Source of the DNA: Phoronis australis
Lineage: Eukaryota > Animalia > Phoronida
Length of the DNA: 64,000 bases
Assembly (NCBI GenBank): GCA_002633005.1
Contig: NMRA01000043.1
Coordinates: 159,463-223,462, forward strand
Direction: 5' to 3'
A program made the position numbers and the translations under genes. Positions within the stretch are counted from its first letter, which is position 1. Every line of letters begins with the position of its first letter. Shown here piece by piece: positions 24,690 to 37,900 of this stretch. The notes under the pieces were generated by a model. The model saw only the letters and a list, made by a program, of their open reading frames with translations. It was not told the DNA's origin and ran no database searches.

Positions 24690-26289
24690 TAGTATACGAT
24701 TATTTTTTTCAGACTCGTTTTCCGGTCTATACGGCGCTTATTCGGGTCTCTACGTTTATTAATTTTCTAACCTTTTTCCACTCTCCACGATTATTTAATT
24801 CAGCAAGTTCAAATTTTTGTTTCATTCAACACAAATTTGGTGCACATAAACTTCGCTGCGGACACCGGGTATCGTACCTTGGTCATAAAACAAGTTAATT
24901 CGCTCTGAACCTCTAGACCACGAGACACTCTGTTCAGAGCTCGTAATTTAGAAGAGCTATATACGACTCCACGTTATACACGGAAGTCACATGTCATACA
25001 TATTAAAAATTTTATTCCCTAAAATATACAACTGTGTGTTTCAAAGCGTAAAATAATCGGACTCCCAAGCAAGGGTTTACGCAGCGACCGTCTGTTGGAC
25101 CATAGACTAGTATCTATGGTTGGACGGCCAGAATGTTATTTTGGACGGGTTGGACGGGATCTGTGTCGGCAAAATTTAAAAAAGCTTGAAATGATGACCA
25201 CTTTCTCATTATTAACGGCTGGTCGGCAGTCGCTCAAAGAAATAGGGGATCAGTAATTACAGAAATGAGAAATTTAATACACAAAAAGTGCATTTTTCAA
25301 TATTCCGCGGGCCCCGTGACACAGATGGGTGTTACCGGCATCTCAACATACGTATCAATAAAAACGCTTTCGACGAGTTTCTTTGGCTGTTCCAATATTT
25401 GTGATTGCACCCTGTGAAAAACTGGCAAGCCGTTACACCTCTTCACTGTGTCTATCCCCAAAGTTTGCATTTCCGGGGGAATAATTCCGGGATTTTGCAC
25501 AGCCAGTGTCATCTGTGGTTTCCGTATTGACATGCGCATTCTACATACTTAATCATGTCGTCTGCCGCACAAAGGCCTAAAGAATTCGAGGATAATTTTA
25601 CAAAATGAGAGATGTTCCAGAAACTGACATTGATTTAGGTGCTAGTAGATGACAAATAATCCAGCTACAGACATGTAACATGGTGATAACGCAGCCAGTC
25701 AACCAAGCGCAAATACCCGTGCAATTAATGAATGGTGCCGAACCTTTCAACCAACAAAGTACCAACAAGTTGCCGACGTCATCGGACATCGGCATTTTTA
25801 CAATTGACCTATCGCCAGGATTATGACGGACGGCTTATTGACCAATCAGAACGCAGCATTCTTGGCACACCTTCGTCTGCGTTTCCAAGCCGCCATTTTA
25901 CCCGACAAACCACACGCAGTCGAGTAAAACTTACTTTAGTCTGTAGCTCAAGAAATTGTACGCTAAGAATGGGGAAACGGTGTTGATATGACGTGCGTAG
26001 CCCCGACAGCCGTTATGCTGCTCCAGAATAATATCCCGTCATTTTTTGGCATGTCCTAAGCTGAAAAACGATGTTGAAATGCGTAAACTATTGATCAAAC
26101 TGTACGGCCACACGAGCAGCTGAACTTAGCGATGTTGCTTGATAACTCGAAGGCTATAATAAACACAAATATATTAGTTCCTAGATACGCACTTTTCAGC
26201 TTGGTGGCTATGGTGCAGGGCTATCTCAGATTTTGACTCCCGAGTTGGCTACGTCTGGCCGCCTTTGTCTCGGCACCTGCTGGATCTCA

Positions 26290-26799
26290 CAGGGCTTGGA
26301 ATTTTCCGCGGAAACGCGGATTTCCGCTTTTTTCAAATGTGCTTTCCGCTTTTTTTATAATATTTCCGCGTAAATAAATCGGATTTGATATAAAATTTCC
26401 GCGGCAAATTCCTTTCTTACCGCGGCGTTGCAGACGACGTTCACCTCGAAAAGCGTAAGTTGCTCTTATGTTTCGGAGGAACGTAAATTGTCAACATTGG
26501 CGGGGCATCTGGGACAGCGTGGTGGGATTTTCAATGGCGTCTCGTGTTATTGTTAAGCGCGGCGACAAATACTACCGCTCTGCAGCCAAAAATGTGTGGG
26601 TTGGGAGTGGACAGGCTAGCTAAAAGGACGCAGACGCATGCTACTGATGGTGGTAACGTTTTTTTTTTTTTTTAGTCCTCCCGATTTGTGTCGGGGAAAG
26701 TTTAACATTGACCATTTCAAGACTGGTTATCGGGCATGATTTGGGCCGTAAAAGTTTCAAAGTTTCCGCGTTTTTTGTCATTGGTCATTCCAAGCCCTG
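26290..26799. mobile_element. MITE, TIR CAGGGCTTGGAAT, 6-bp TSD ATCTCA (same family as 7347-7821)
   Basis: atctca|cagggcttggaat ... attccaagccctg|atctca. Confidence 0.9.
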
Positions 26800-27368
26800 A
26801 TCTCAGCACTCTAGCGGTAGTCCCCGGAAATTGTTGTTTTTAAGGACATTTTTATTTTATGTTTTTTTATTTATTTCAACCTAATGGACATTATTTTGTT
26901 TCGTATCAGAGGTACATTTATGTTATTCCTAAACCGTAAGCTGGCGTTCAACTGAACTTCTCTCCTGGTCAAAATACAGAGATTCGATCGGTACAGGGAA
27001 GGGCACTGGATTACTGCCGGAACTCAAAGCCTTGGTCGAGCTGTTGTCACTAAAAATAAACTGTTGAATTACTTTTTGAGGTGTACCTCTAGCATACACT
27101 ATGTCTGTAGAGTTAGAGAGAGCTCATTTTGGTGTGGTTCAAACATGATATTTAGATTTATGAAGCTTCAAAAAAGAATTTGAGTTATTTTTGTAAATAC
27201 CGTACACTATTTTTGCAACTACCACACCAGACTTTTAATCTTTTGTAACCATACCACGACTTAGTGATCATGGTACCTTCAAAATTAAATGAAAGCTACC
27301 TTTATGGAATGAAATGCCAAGTTCATAAGAAGGTAGGCCTAATTTAAATGTCTTAATGGTGCAAATTC

Positions 27369-27692
27369 CATAGGCGGATTTGGAGGGGCTGGGGCCTCTA
27401 CCCCCCCCTTGGCTGCCGCAAGCAAAATGAAACAGCAAGAGCGTGAGGAAATATTGAGTTCAATAACTAGGACCTGAAGCGGAAGAGGGGGGGGCTCAGA
27501 CCCCAGATCGCGGCGGAATCGTGTTCCTGGTTTTTTTAGTCCACCGATAGATTTTCTGAACAGAAGGTCCAACGGTCTGCATCCCTGGCCCCTGCAACTT
27601 TCGGGCCGCCTGTGCACATACAATCGCACTTTGCCCTATTCCACGAGGCAACATATGTTGGGCCCACCTGTGGTATCCTAGATCCGCCACTG
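27369..27692. mobile_element. hAT-like MITE with CA..GGCGGAT termini and 5-bp TSD AATTC
   Basis: aattc|cataggcggat ... atccgccactg|aattc. Confidence 0.65.
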
Positions 27693-29648
27693 AATTCCAG
27701 ACATTAATTTTACTTAGACACAGCCCTAGACCTAGGCTACCGGAGCTAACTGTTTGCCCAGGACGAGATGAGTGTGTACCTGAGCTATGAACCTGAATTT
27801 TTTTATCAAAATATTTCGTGACAAGATTAGAAAAGCTATCGAGTCGATCTAGTCAGGGACTATAGTGCATGTGTTGTATGTAATCTATGACTTACTTTAC
27901 TCCAGGAGTCCCACCAGTTGTGACCTACTTTTCATTTGGCGAAATTTAGCAGACGACAGAATAAAAATATCGGTGAATCTTCACTGATTTTATTCGAAAG
28001 ATCATGAAATCTATGGAATCGTACAGATAATTGGACTTTAAGGTACATACCCAGCTTTACATGAGCAAATCGTATCGGTGGCCTTGTCATTTGTCAGGTG
28101 AAGGTAGCCCCGAGGCCGAGGGGTTCTTCGGATTTTCTCTGGCTCGTCGAGCACTTATTTTTTCATTTCATCGTCACCTTTACATATTCCCATATCATGA
28201 ACGTGCGATTCACTGTTGAAAAGCATCGCCTCTTGTATCTGTCGAAGCGTTTTCAAATAGTGCAAAAACACTCATTGGTTCCACCAGGAACGTCGTTTAG
28301 CGACAGTGCATTTGCCTCTGATATCTCGTTCGAATGTCGGGTATCACGTGACTTTTCGCATAGGGGCGGAGCTTGCGATAGGTCAATTCGCTCCAAACTT
28401 GAGAATAGATTGTTTTTGTGAACAGGAAGAATGGACTTGTGACAATCTTGAAAATGACATAGTTGCTAACGTTCGACAATCCAGTCGATATCTATTGAAA
28501 TTGATTTCTACTTGCTCTCCCATCCAAATAAATGGAAAAACGCACGTGAATCGGTTTGTTTATTATACCTAATTAGATATTCAAGATGGTTGACGTAGTC
28601 GTGGTCGTGGACTCGAATGTTGGGCAATTCTTCAAGAAATCTCAATTTCTGGCTATGTGAAATTTTGGATGTAGCCTACAGACTTTTTGATGTCGAATTC
28701 TGACTAACATTACGAGGGTATTGACTGTGCAAGACATAAGATTGAGAGAAAACAAAGGCTCGAATGTCAGGAACATTTATGATAAAAATGGGACTCGTTT
28801 TACCAAGACACTTTATTGTCTTTATTCAGACTGTCAGCTTCGTGGAAGACTGGACGTTCCTTCTGAAATCTTTACCTCCTTGTTAGTTTTTGGACTTGGT
28901 CAACATTGTCATCTCTAGTATGAATGTCACATTCTTTTTGAGTAAAATGATACCGCTTACTGTTTGAAACACGTCTATTTAGACTTCCATTTAAAGTTAT
29001 TGAATAAACTAATGGTCTTTGTTTTAGCAATGACGCTTTTATTCCACTTCACTGTACTATGTTATGGCATGGGTGGATACACCACTGCAGCAATTAAACT
29101 ATGCTAATGTTCATTTTAAAATTTTTTCTTTGAAACAATTACTTAAAGCGGTGGTAAGTCAGACAGAATTTGCTTCTTTGCACTATTATTCCTATCTATA
29201 TCATTAGATTTTGCACTTCCTATTATTTCCATCTGCCGTTACTTGATTTTACGCAAATTTGTAATCAATGTTATTCCAGTCAAAACTATTTTTAATTTTC
29301 CACAAATTTGCCGTCTATATCATTATTCCCTAGAATTTGCTGTTTTGCAGTATTATTCCCTTCTATATCATTATTAGGTTTTACCTAAATTTGTAATCAA
29401 TATTATTATTCCAGTCAATACTTGTTAAAATTCCACAAATTTGCCGTCTATACCATTATTCCATTCTATACTATTATTAATTTTTTCCGACAAATTTCCG
29501 GTCTATACTATTATTCTACTTTTCTAGTGGCAAAAATGTTGGGTCTATACTATTATTAGAGTCTCTACTATTATTAAACATCGGGAAATTTTCCAGTCTA
29601 TACCATTATTGCTGTCTCTACTACTATTCGGAACTCCAGAGTAGTATC

Positions 29649-30958
29649 TAGTCGGAATACCTATCGTCGTCAGGCTCCATTGCCAATAAATGGTCATCTG
29701 CCATCTTCTTTTGCATGCAGCGCAGCCATGTGGGACTTAGCATTCCAATCTAGAGTGCTCGTTGCGGGACTACTGAGATGAAAATCAGTGCGTTTACCGA
29801 CTGTTTCTTGAAACCACTTAAAAACTTGTAGATTTAACTGATGCACTTTTTTGTTCATTTTCAGAAGATTTTTTCGAAATTAAATTTTCTTCAGACGGAA
29901 CAAAAAACAACACAGGGATTGTTTATGCAATGTATCTATTTGTCCCAAGCACTAACCGACACCTGTTAGTTCAAAGGAAAAACGCAGCAGACAAATGCAA
30001 CACGCTGGGTGCTTAACAGTTTCGGTCCACGCCTTGGTCATCAAAATATTGTCCACTTGTTTTTTATTGCAAAACACAGTACTGAGCACAACATTGATGT
30101 TGAAAATTTTGGTTAAGGCATTTTGGATTTATTTGAAGAAAATTAAAATATTTGAAATCAGAGTATGGCCACCAATAAAGTAAAACATTGACTTCATTTC
30201 ACTATATTGCATTGTTACATACAACATAGCATGGCATAATTAAAAATAATAGAAGAGATTGAGCAATAAAATGCAAATGCAACTTTGGTATTTATTTATT
30301 TATTTATGATTGCAGAAGCCTGTTAAAGGTGAGAAAAAAATCAAACAATATGATATTGGGTAATTTATTAGAACAACTGTATCGAGGTTCAATGATCAAC
30401 TTCCGCTGACCAAGTCTCAGAGGGTTACAGTTCTGTTTTGGCTGACTAGGTGTTAACAGAGAATGAAGAAAAACTGAAAAGAAAAAGAAACACAGCAGAG
30501 ATAAGTGGTGTTAAGAACAACAAGGTCAAATGAAGAGGTCACAAACAGAAAATAAGTCAGGTCTATCTGGAATAAAACCATCGCGATTTATTTTCCAGAA
30601 CTGAAATTCTGAACCAGTTTTATTCAATTTATTAATCAATATCATACCGGAAAAACAGTTTGTGGTTGAATTAGAATTGTTGTAAACCATTTTTCACTAT
30701 TTTCTCGGCTTTTTCTGCGTTGTTTTCTGTTCTTTCAAAAGGCGGCAGCATATAATGACCATAGAGGTAATTATAAAATGGCTGCCGAAAAGCAAGGCAC
30801 AGTTGAAACAACTCGGCATAAATATAGAAAACTTTTGAATCAACGAATACTATGTATTTGTGAGAGTTAAATCAAATCCTATTCAGAGCATAACTTTCAA
30901 GTGGAATAATTGGGTGAGTACAACAACAAGCCGGACGACCATTGAGTTCCAGAGTGTA
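29649..30958 (+). mobile_element. Second copy of the 23879-24689 element, with extra internal sequence
   Basis: Shares tgtcgtcaggctcc/tcgtcgtcaggctcc, gggacttagc, aaaatggctgccgaa and ggacgaccattg segments in the same order. Confidence 0.65.
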
Positions 30959-31277
30959 CTAGTAGTAGTACAGGCTGTGCCTGTGGTCGCGTGGATTCCA
31001 GGAACTGTTGTTGGGCATCAATAGAGTGACCACCGTCTCTAGTTGAACTACAGATGGTGTAGCTCATACCCCGAAAGCTTTTCAGAAAATTATGCCTCAC
31101 AGTAACCAAAAGTAAAACATAAAAGTCGTGTTGCTATGAATACCTTTTGTGCAGGAGGCCGTCGATGTCTCTAATTCCTTCCAACTCCAACAAATACTCC
31201 CGTTATCAAACTTTTTCTTCAAGCAGTCCTTCGCTCAGTTCCCAGAATCAGAAACTTGCCATTTTTACCCTGCGCGC

Positions 31278-31439
31278 GGCAGGTGGTATGACGTCATATT
31301 CCCTGGCAGGTGGTATGACGTCATATTCCCTGGCAGGTGGTATGACGTCATATTCCCTGGCAGGTGGTATGACGTCATATTCCCTGGCAGGTGGTATGAC
31401 GTCATATTCCCTGGCAGGTGGTATGACGTCATATTCCCT
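31278..31439. repeat. 27-bp perfect minisatellite x6, each unit with CRE (TGACGTCA) and E-box (CAGGTG)
   Basis: ggcaggtggtatgacgtcatattccct repeated six times. Confidence 0.95.
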
Positions 31440-32085
31440 GGTGTGTGCAATGTAAAAATGGCAAGTTACGTGTCTACCTCAAAACTGAAGCAAAAGCACA
31501 CCACAGATGTTGATGTAGGAAAAATGTGTAAGTGCATTTGTCATGAATTTGGTTGTTTACAATTTTTCATTCATATGCAGAGATTTTGCTGTTGATTTTA
31601 GTTCCTGGATATTTGTCCTGAAGTGTCAAAACATTTTGAAAATCAGCCGGAGAAGGTTTGCCATGAGAACCAACAACTTCTTCATTCATTAGCCTAACAC
31701 TGTCAATAATACAATGCACAAATGTTAAGCATACATGTGAATTGAACAAATCAGAGAACTAATCACTAACAGGCAGTGATGTACCTCAAAAATACAAATT
31801 GTGAGTTCTGCTAGAGACGTAACACAATCATGAAAAGCTAGTACAAGTGTAAACTCGGCTTATTATAGAACCTTAACAAAATCAAAGAATCAAAACATTT
31901 CTATTGGATGAGTTTTATAGTACTACAGGGAGGTCAAGGTCTCCTGATATTCCTTCATAGCAGGAACCTCTCCAGTGGCCTGGCTGTTACAAAGTGCTAT
32001 GCGATGTGCAATGCACTGGTTGAATATTTAGAAAAATTAATATGGAACTAATCGCATTAAGAAGCCAGTGACACCTTTACCTTTG

Positions 32086-32468
32086 CTGGTCATAACACTC
32101 GTAGTATCCAAACCTTAAGGTAGGTGTATACACTGGTCGTAACACTCGTAGTATCCGAACCTTAAGGTAGGTGTATACACTGGTCATAACACTCGTAGTA
32201 TCCGAACCTTAAGGTAGGTGTATACACTGGTCATAACACTCGTAGTATCCGAACCTTAAGGTAGGTGTATACACTGGTCATAACACTCGTAGTATCCGAA
32301 CCTTAAGGTAGGTGTATACACTGGTCATAACGCTCGTAGTATCCGAACCTTAAGGTAGGTGTATACACTGGTCATAACACTCGTAGTATCCGAACCTTAA
32401 GGTAGGTGTATACACTGGTCATAACACTCGTAGTATCCGAACCTCAAGGTAGGTGTATACACTGGTCA
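32086..32468. repeat. 47-bp tandem repeat x8 spanning flank, TTAA and TIR of a Kolobok-like element
   Basis: ctggtcataacactcgtagtatccgaacc-ttaa-ggtaggtgtataca. Confidence 0.95.
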
Positions 32469-34212
32469 AATCTCCAGGTTCCTAACTAAAATGAGTAAAG
32501 AGAGAGTTTTAACTAGTTAGGCATGACTCTGAAAGTGACAAAAATCGAAAAAAAATTATTTTTGTAGTTCGTTTTTTTTTAAATTGTATTTTTTGATTTT
32601 CAAAAAATCCAATTTTGCCTCGAATTTTTTTTCAAAATGCACAGGGATCATCATAACTGTTTCCTTACGCAATATTCTACTTATCCATACCAAATATATG
32701 TACAAAATCATTAAGATCTTGATTTTGTGGCATTTTTTGTGTGTGAGTTGGGGCAAGCACGCCACTTTTTGTCATTTGGTCACTTTCCGTCTAATAACTA
32801 AAAATCTGGTCCATTTATCAAAAAACCCTGGCACGCGATTTTACTTCAGTCCTAGAGGATTTCAAATTTGCAACTTTCGTAAAAATTGACCCACGTGTTG
32901 TGGAAAAATAGGCCCGAGAATCTTGTCACTATCCTGAAATCACGAGCCCAGAAAAACGGCTTTGAAGTTAAGCGGTCATCGATTGCCACTTGAGATCAAA
33001 TTTCGTTCAGAATGCGTGGTCATTATGTTACAATTTTTGTTGAAGTACTAGAAATAAAGCTGATATTTACTTCATATTTAGAAAATGTGACATACCTGTT
33101 TGTTTACAGCATAATTTTAATCATTTTTTCGAACTTATGAAGCACGACAGACGACCAAAACAAATATGGCTGTCACGTGGGCGGAGCTTAGCGTTGATCT
33201 ATTGTCTGCTGTACTGGTGTGCCGACCACACATTAAAACTTTCATAGAAATGGTTCAACATTTTTACGTGCCTGTACCGAATGGACTTTGGGATGAGAAA
33301 ATATCACTTTCTGCGCAAATAGCTTCGCTTGGGTGTGATTCTCAAGTTACTAAAGTTTCTTATATTGCTTTCCTCTAAAATCGTATAATATCATGAGTTT
33401 TAATTCAGGGTTACGTTTGAATCTATGCACTAGAAATTTTTTGTTATGTTGAACACTGGGTCATTTCTCTAATTTTTTGGGTTACGGCCAGTGGCAAGTT
33501 AAAAAATCCTCTGGGTTTGACCGCCTACTTTCTCCACGGCGCGTTCCCAGCACAGAAGGACGGTTTATCTGCGAAGACTTTACTCTGACGGCATGTAGTT
33601 GTCCATGTGTCATGCGCTCAGCTTGTCTTCACAACGCGTGCATGCACTCTCACCTAATTATGCAACACCACCCACGTCGACACTCAGCGTCCTCTCGCAA
33701 GACACCTGACCTTATATTACCGACTTTTCTTATTACATGCACAATTTCTGCACGGACTCCTCAAGCTGAGTGCAGTGATGGCTTTGGTAGGGCTTGGCGT
33801 ACTCAACTTAATTTTTTTGCAGATAGACAAACAGGCTCAGGCTCGGAACAGGAGCTAGTTCACCATTTTGCTACCAACTTTCACATGGTCAAAAATAGAA
33901 TTATTTTATTCTTGGTCTTGCTACAACACCAATATCAGCTGGTACAGCACTCTCGATTGCCCGGTTACGCAATGCTTGTTGACAGGGTTAGATTAAAGCT
34001 AGTGTCCTTGTATATAAGCTCCGCCCCACTTGTCAGTCACTGAGCTGGTGAGCACTCAAGCCATATGACTTACTGAGGCTTGGTCAAATATAGCTAAAAA
34101 AACAACTTTGGATATTCAGAATGATTTTATTTTTCTTCAGTATACTGTGCATTAGGATGACATAAAAATGTAAAAAACAGCCAAAATTAATGTTTTTGTG
34201 TATCCACCTACC
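32448..34212. mobile_element. Kolobok-like non-autonomous element, TTAA target, TIR GGTAGGTGKATACAC
   Basis: ttaa|ggtaggtgtatacac ... gtgtatccacctacc|ttaa. Confidence 0.75.
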
Positions 34213-34929
34213 TTAATTTCTGAATGGGGATCTTGAATTTCTTAAGAGTGTTAAAAATCTGAGGTTATTAATTTTTCAGTACCTTCTTTTAGTTGTAAAT
34301 TGGTTAGAAAATGTCTTGACGGTGTCGTATCATGCTGCATGATGTGTGCACATAGACACAACCATTTGTTGAATGCATATTACTTTCATCAGCAACTGTA
34401 GTTACTACGGGAGACTGTTCGGTTAACTGTTTCATCTGATCTTCCAGTGCTTCATTGATTGCAGACTTCTAGAAACTCACACATACCATAAGATGATGAG
34501 TATTGAATTATAGCAGAATCCCCAACTACGTGTGACAAGTTCGGGACTTCCAAATCTGACACCCAGTTCTTTATTGATTGAAATTTTACCACCAGCAGAT
34601 TCACTTGCCAGCCAAAAAGAAGTTACATAACAATGAGCATTGCTTTGATTTTTTGGCGGCTGTCAGAAATTTTGCTTTTGTACCTGGGTCTGTAACAGTT
34701 GTCTGCTTTGTGAATATATTTCATGCTGTTGTGCCTCATATATTTTCACACATTGTTTTATATAAATGTTAAGTTTTGTAGTTTTAAGCGCCTGATTCAG
34801 TGAAATTCCTACACCAACTCCCAGCACACTTTGTGGCTCAAAGGCAAAGCAGTTATAGAAAGTTTCGTTTCTGCTTCCGTCCATGTTCGAAAATGCATCC
34901 GAACCAAAGGACAAAATCTCAAGCAAATG

Positions 34930-37900
34930 TTATGATTTTTTAGTTGCCCACATATTTATGTGTGGATGCATTACGCCGTCATTTCCGTCCGTCCGTCTGG
35001 GGTCCGCTGCTCTATCTCCAAAACCCCTTGATGTAAGCTCATGAAATTTTGCACATGTGTTCTTTCCGTGGATGGTTCGGATCTGACAACTGGTGTGCCC
35101 CCTAGTGGCAATTTTATTTTTTATGTTTACCTCTATATCTTCAAAAGTCCTCAACAGATTTTCATAAAATTCAGTATGTAGGCACCTATTAGTCAGATGA
35201 TGCTATCCTTCCGTTTTTGGATGGATGCGACGTAGTTTGCGCCACCTAGTGGCCATTTTTACTGTTTTCGATTCTGTTTTTTGCGTCCACCCCTCTATCA
35301 ACCAAAACGCTCAAAGAATGATTGTGAAAATTGGCACGTACATGCTTACTTTGAAGTGGACGGCTGATGATAAGTTTCCGATGACTTTGACTACTGTGGC
35401 GTCTCCTAGTGGCAGTTTTTTGCGCCTATGCGTGTATCTCCTAAAACCTTCGCAGGGTCTTTGCTAAATTTAGAAAATTTATATATATGATGTTAACACC
35501 GGACGACGACGACTTTCGGACAGGTCTTCCTACTGGTGTGCCCCTAGTGGCTGTTTCATTTTTTATGTTTACCTCTGTATCTTCAAAGGTTCTCAACGTA
35601 TTTTCATAAAATTTGGCATACAGGTATCTGATAATGGGGTGACGCTATGTCTCCGTTTTCAGATGGATGCATCCTTGTGTGTGCCACCTAGTGGCCATTT
35701 TTACTGTTTTTGAGTCTATTTTTTGGCGTCCACTCGTCTATCAACCAAACTGCTTTCAGGATAATTGGGAAAATTGGCATGTATGTTTTTACTATGAATT
35801 GGACGGCTGACGATGATTTTCCACTACTGTGGCACCTCGTAGTGGCAGTCTTATATTTTTTGCACTCATGACTGTAAGCAGGATCTTTACTTATTTTGGC
35901 AAGTTTATTTATATGATGTTGACAACGAACAACGACGACTTTCGGACGATCTGATTTCTGGTGTGCCCCGTAGTTTTTTACGTTTAACTCTGCAACAGAT
36001 TTTCATAAAATTTTAAATATAGGCATCTATTGGTGAGGTGACACTATCCTCCTGATTTTGGATGGAATCTAGGTATTTTGCGCCACCTGCTGGTGGCCAT
36101 TTCTGCTGTATTTGAATCTGTGCTTTTGGCGTCCACCCCTCTATCAATCAAATCATTCTTGGGATTGTTTTAAAAATTGACTTATATGTTCTCAGTGTGA
36201 GGGAGACATGGTGACTCACTACTGTGGCACCTCCTAGTGGTAGTTTTTATTTTTGTTTTGTGCCCATAGCTGTATCTCCTAAACCCACTGCAGGGTGTTT
36301 AAAGGAGCATGCCACCCAAAAAACAACCTAATTTGTATCAATCGAGTAGTTCTACTCCATAACGACACGTACGGTTGCGTTACCTGACACCTGACAGCAG
36401 ACGGAGGTGTTGAAATTTTCCAATGACGTCATCGGTTTCACACGCAGTCTGTTCAACACAGGTTACTGGTGTCAGCTTATCGCTTGAAGTCATCGTTTAA
36501 CACCAATAAATCATCAAACTTCGATGTAAAACCCTTAAAAATACACCGAGTTCTTATAAAAACGTGTTGTTTTATTTCGCTCTTATGGATTTATTGGTAT
36601 TTGGACACACAATAAGGTCCGTAGCAGGAGTTTGGGATCTGTTTGTAGATAATTTCGAAGTGTTTTCCGTGAGATACAGAGAGGAGAACCTATATCTGTG
36701 TTGTTTAGACTAATGATTTTTTGAGTTCTAAACACAAAACGCTTGTTATCCTGGCTAGTGGCTCGGAGCCCGATCAAGCCCGTCGTGGCCGGCTGGATTG
36801 ACTTCATTGTTATCCTGGCCAGTGGCTCGGAAACTGATCAGACATTACGAACATAAGCCAGCCAAAGTTCAGTGGAAACTAAACTTCGAGTCAAGAAAAT
36901 ACTATACTAGTGAGCCAAAGTAATTTGCACATGATTATGTTGGTGAATTAGCCACGAAACTGCTAATCTCCGCTTTGGCCACAGCACCGTCTGGGCAGAA
37001 GTTGTACATATTATTTGAGTAATGTGAACGTAAATAAAGATTCCCCTATCACTTAGCCGTGGGATGGAAATCGAGTTGTTTCACAACAGTTTCTGTCAGC
37101 AAACACTAAATTAGTATGAGCTCACACGGCCTCGGTGTTCCGTCAATTAGTTTTATTGCACCTAAAGCCGGTAACGCAGTGATTTATTCATTGCTGGCTT
37201 CTCAAATCATTTGCACTCACAAACACTCCAAAGGCATTACAAATCGCATCTAATGAGACAGACTTTGTTTCAGTTGGTTAGGGTGAGAAGGCATTTTGAA
37301 ACAGAACGTTCAGTACTAAACGCCAACATGGCAACTCACAATCCCGACTTAGGAGGAGCTAGAGCTCATCAGTCCCGACTTCGCAGGTGGATCGTTAAGT
37401 TTTACAGGCTATCAATTCGAACAGGAATACAGTGATGAAATACTAGAGAGGCGCCATGAACAAGCTCAGACAACGGAACATGGAGTTATTTGGTAAGCCA
37501 GCATTAGTCACTGAGGCACTGTCGACGTCTGCATGCCACAGACACGGAGATGTTTCACGGCCTCATACTTGCTATTTACAGCATACATTTCATTCTTCAC
37601 TACCATGAGCCACTTCTTAAGCATTTCGGACTCTTGAGGAAGTAAAAAAAAACGATATACCCACTTTCCTCGCAGCTGCTTAGTTCGGACAAGCGGGAAC
37701 GATGCACCGCAACACAGCGGCATTCACTCTACATATGAACCACTGACGTCGCTAGTGTCGTTTCTCACCTTCCTCACAGGTTAACGCGACACCTCTTGGC
37801 AAGGTAAAGTCGACCGTATGCAAGGTGATGTGGATATAGACCGATTAAGATGGCAAAAAAGACTAAGTTAAATCGGTTGGCATTCTCCTTTAATAAATTT

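Larger units (their letters stand above)
23856..29641 (-). mobile_element. TA-flanked DNA transposon copy 2, inverted relative to copy 1, in RBM42 intron 1, with nested insertions
   Basis: 23856-23878 plus 24690-25545 mirror 22090-22971; 28900-29641 mirror 19669-20400. Confidence 0.75.
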
